A stretch of DNA of 43,651 nucleotides from positions 1 to 43,651 of the forward strand of contig CAZWDC010000019.1 in assembly GCA_964633085.1 (NCBI GenBank), in the 5' to 3' direction. Position numbers and translations under genes: made by a program. The notes under the pieces are model-generated. The model saw nothing but the letters and a program-made list of their open reading frames with translations, was not told the origin of the DNA and did not search any database. How positions within the stretch are numbered: the first letter of the stretch is position 1; each line of letters opens with the position of its first letter. This document shows positions 42,148 to 43,651 of this stretch, piece by piece. Origin of the DNA: an uncultured Dehalococcoidales bacterium. Lineage in GTDB: Bacteria > Chloroflexota > Dehalococcoidia > GIF9 > AB-539-J10.

Positions 42148-43651
42148 ATGTCTATTAAAGTTTTAGCGCCCGAGGTAATTTCCAAGATTGCTGCCGGGGA
42201 GGTGGTTGAGAGGCCGGCCTCAGTGGTCAAGGAGCTGATAGAGAATTCCCTGGATGCGGGAGCTACTGAGATTGCCGTAGAAGCTCAGGGCGGTGGAGTA
42301 GAGCTAATCAAGGTGAGCGATAATGGGGTGGGGATCCCGACAGCGGAGGTGGAGCTAGCTTTTCATAGATATGCCACGAGCAAAATTGGCGATTTACACG
42401 ATTTGGAGAAAATCTCCAGCCTGGGCTTCCGGGGCGAAGCCCTGCCCAGCATCGCTGCCGTTGCTGAGGTGGAGATTTTCACCCAGACACCCTCAGAACC
42501 AGTCGGCACCTACATATATTTGAGAAAGAGCGAAGTAGTTCGTAGAGAGAGCCGAGCCAGACCTCAGGGCACAACTGTGACCGTGCACCGATTGTTTCGC
42601 TATTTTCCGGCGCGACTTAAGTTTCTCAAATCGGTGAGCACCGAGAATAGCCATATTGCCCATCTGGTCAGCCAGTATGCTTTAGCTTTCCCTGAAGTCA
42701 AGTTCAGTCTGGTTCTCGATAAACACCCCAGCTTGCGGACCATGGGCAATGGCGACCTGCGCGAGGTAGTGGGCGAGATATATGGTGCTGAACTAGCTCA
42801 GAGGATGCTGAAGGTGGAAGGAACAGAGGGCCTAGCTAAAGTCAGTGGCTTAATAAGTCCACCCTCCCTAGCCCGCTCTAATCGCAACTACCTCAGCTTC
42901 TTCGTCAATCGCAGGTGGGTACACAGTCCCTTACTAACCCGGGCCACCGAGGAGGCTTATCATGGTTTACTTATGGATGGCCAGCACCCCATCGCGGTAA
43001 TCAATATCTTCGTGCCGGCCCAGCAACTCGACGTCAATATTCATCCAACCAAAGCTCAAATAAAGTTTTACCAAGAACAAATTGTCTTTGCCAATGTGAA
43101 GAAAGCCATAGAGAAGGCTCTAGCCAAGACGTCTACTCGCCTGCCAGAGCTGTGCGGCGGGCAGGTAGCCGGTTCAAAAACTGTGCCTTTTTCAGTCAGC
43201 TTAAGGCAATGGGAGAGGCCCCGTATGGTAATGGATAACGAGCCGGTTTTCGTGGTCACCAGTTTACCGACCTTGGAATTGCCAGTTCTAAGAGTATTGG
43301 GACAGCTAGCTAATACTTATATCATCGCTGAGGGACCCGATGGACTGTATCTCATTGACCAGCACGCCGCTCATGAACGCATACTTTATGACCGAATCTC
43401 AGCGCAGTGGGCACGAAAGGAGGTCGAAGTCCAGGGCTTACTTCAGCCCATAACTCTAGAGCTTAGTCCCAGGGAGGAGGAAACCCTGAAAGCTAGTCAG
43501 GAACTTCTGGCTCAATTCGGCTTTGCCATTGAGTCTTTCGGAAATAGAAGCTACCTGATACGCGCTATACCCGCCCTGATGGCCAATGCCAATATGATTG
43601 AGATAATAACCATGCTGCTTGATGACCTCGCTAGCAAAGACAGCCTCACCC
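42148..43651 (+). CDS. mutL: DNA mismatch repair protein MutL; 3-prime end beyond the window
   Basis: Not in the ORF track because there is no stop. The ATG at 42148 gives MSIKVLAPEVISKIAAGEVVERPASVVKELIENSLDAGAT..., the GHKL ATPase motifs. Later comes LIDQHAAHERILYD, an endonuclease-type motif. Confidence 0.93.
   Translation, partial: MSIKVLAPEVISKIAAGEVVERPASVVKELIENSLDAGATEIAVEAQGGGVELIKVSDNGVGIPTAEVELAFHRYATSKIGDLHDLEKISSLGFRGEALPSIAAVAEVEIFTQTPSEPVGTYIYLRKSEVVRRESRARPQGTTVTVHRLFRYFPARLKFLKSVSTENSHIAHLVSQYALAFPEVKFSLVLDKHPSLRTMGNGDLREVVGEIYGAELAQRMLKVEGTEGLAKVSGLISPPSLARSNRNYLSFFVNRRWVHSPLLTRATEEAYHGLLMDGQHPIAVINIFVPAQQLDVNIHPTKAQIKFYQEQIVFANVKKAIEKALAKTSTRLPELCGGQVAGSKTVPFSVSLRQWERPRMVMDNEPVFVVTSLPTLELPVLRVLGQLANTYIIAEGPDGLYLIDQHAAHERILYDRISAQWARKEVEVQGLLQPITLELSPREEETLKASQELLAQFGFAIESFGNRSYLIRAIPALMANANMIEIITMLLDDLASKDSLT

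Noticed and set aside
40256-43651. The Dam-family methyltransferase next to mutL might be part of a Dam/MutH-type methyl-directed mismatch repair system.
   Set aside because: The MutL here carries a DQHAAHERILYD motif, the endonuclease-type DQHA-x2-E-x4-E/D, which is typical of MutH-independent repair. No mutH is present. The methyltransferase is translationally coupled to a nuclease-candidate ORF on an AT-richer islet, so R-M is the simpler reading.

Overview
This 43.6 kb window comes from a bacterium: rpoB-rpoC, ruvB, uvrD/pcrA, mutL and a bacterial-type 5S rRNA are all present. It is probably an uncultured anaerobe, possibly Chloroflexota-like, but that is a guess from gene content only. 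Background G+C is about 48% by hand counts. The core content is unusual in carrying methanogen-style sulfur and cysteine biochemistry: UPF0280, NIL-ferredoxin, DUF39 homocysteine genes, Thi4, a ThiS/ThiF-like pair, NifS/NifU, and the tRNA-dependent cysteine pathway SepRS + SepCysS. Other genes include nadA, cutA, an arsR-arsM pair, a radical-SAM gene followed by two paralogous ABC-2 exporter pairs, CinA-C/DUF4342, a PadR module and an orphan 5S rRNA with its own promoter. Three low-G+C accessory islets interrupt this core. (1) The main hit is a two-gene operon at 11073-13791 (minus strand). It encodes an N-terminal HNH nuclease fused to a roughly 330-aa APAZ-like region, overlapping a 480-aa short prokaryotic Argonaute (MID-PIWI only, catalytic residues substituted). 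This looks like a nuclease-armed short-pAgo defence system of a poorly studied effector type. (2) A lone AAA+/DUF4143 ATPase with a PD-(D/E)xK-like tail lies at 6704-8209, next to a possible IS630-like relic. (3) A restriction-modification islet at 39.8-42.1 kb lies between uvrD and mutL. It has an HTH controller-like gene, a Dam-family m6A methyltransferase and an unrecognisable coupled nuclease candidate, all behind consensus tandem promoters and a palindromic operator. Several families of structured intergenic repeats are also present. All calls come from reading the translations and sequence by eye; no database search was possible.
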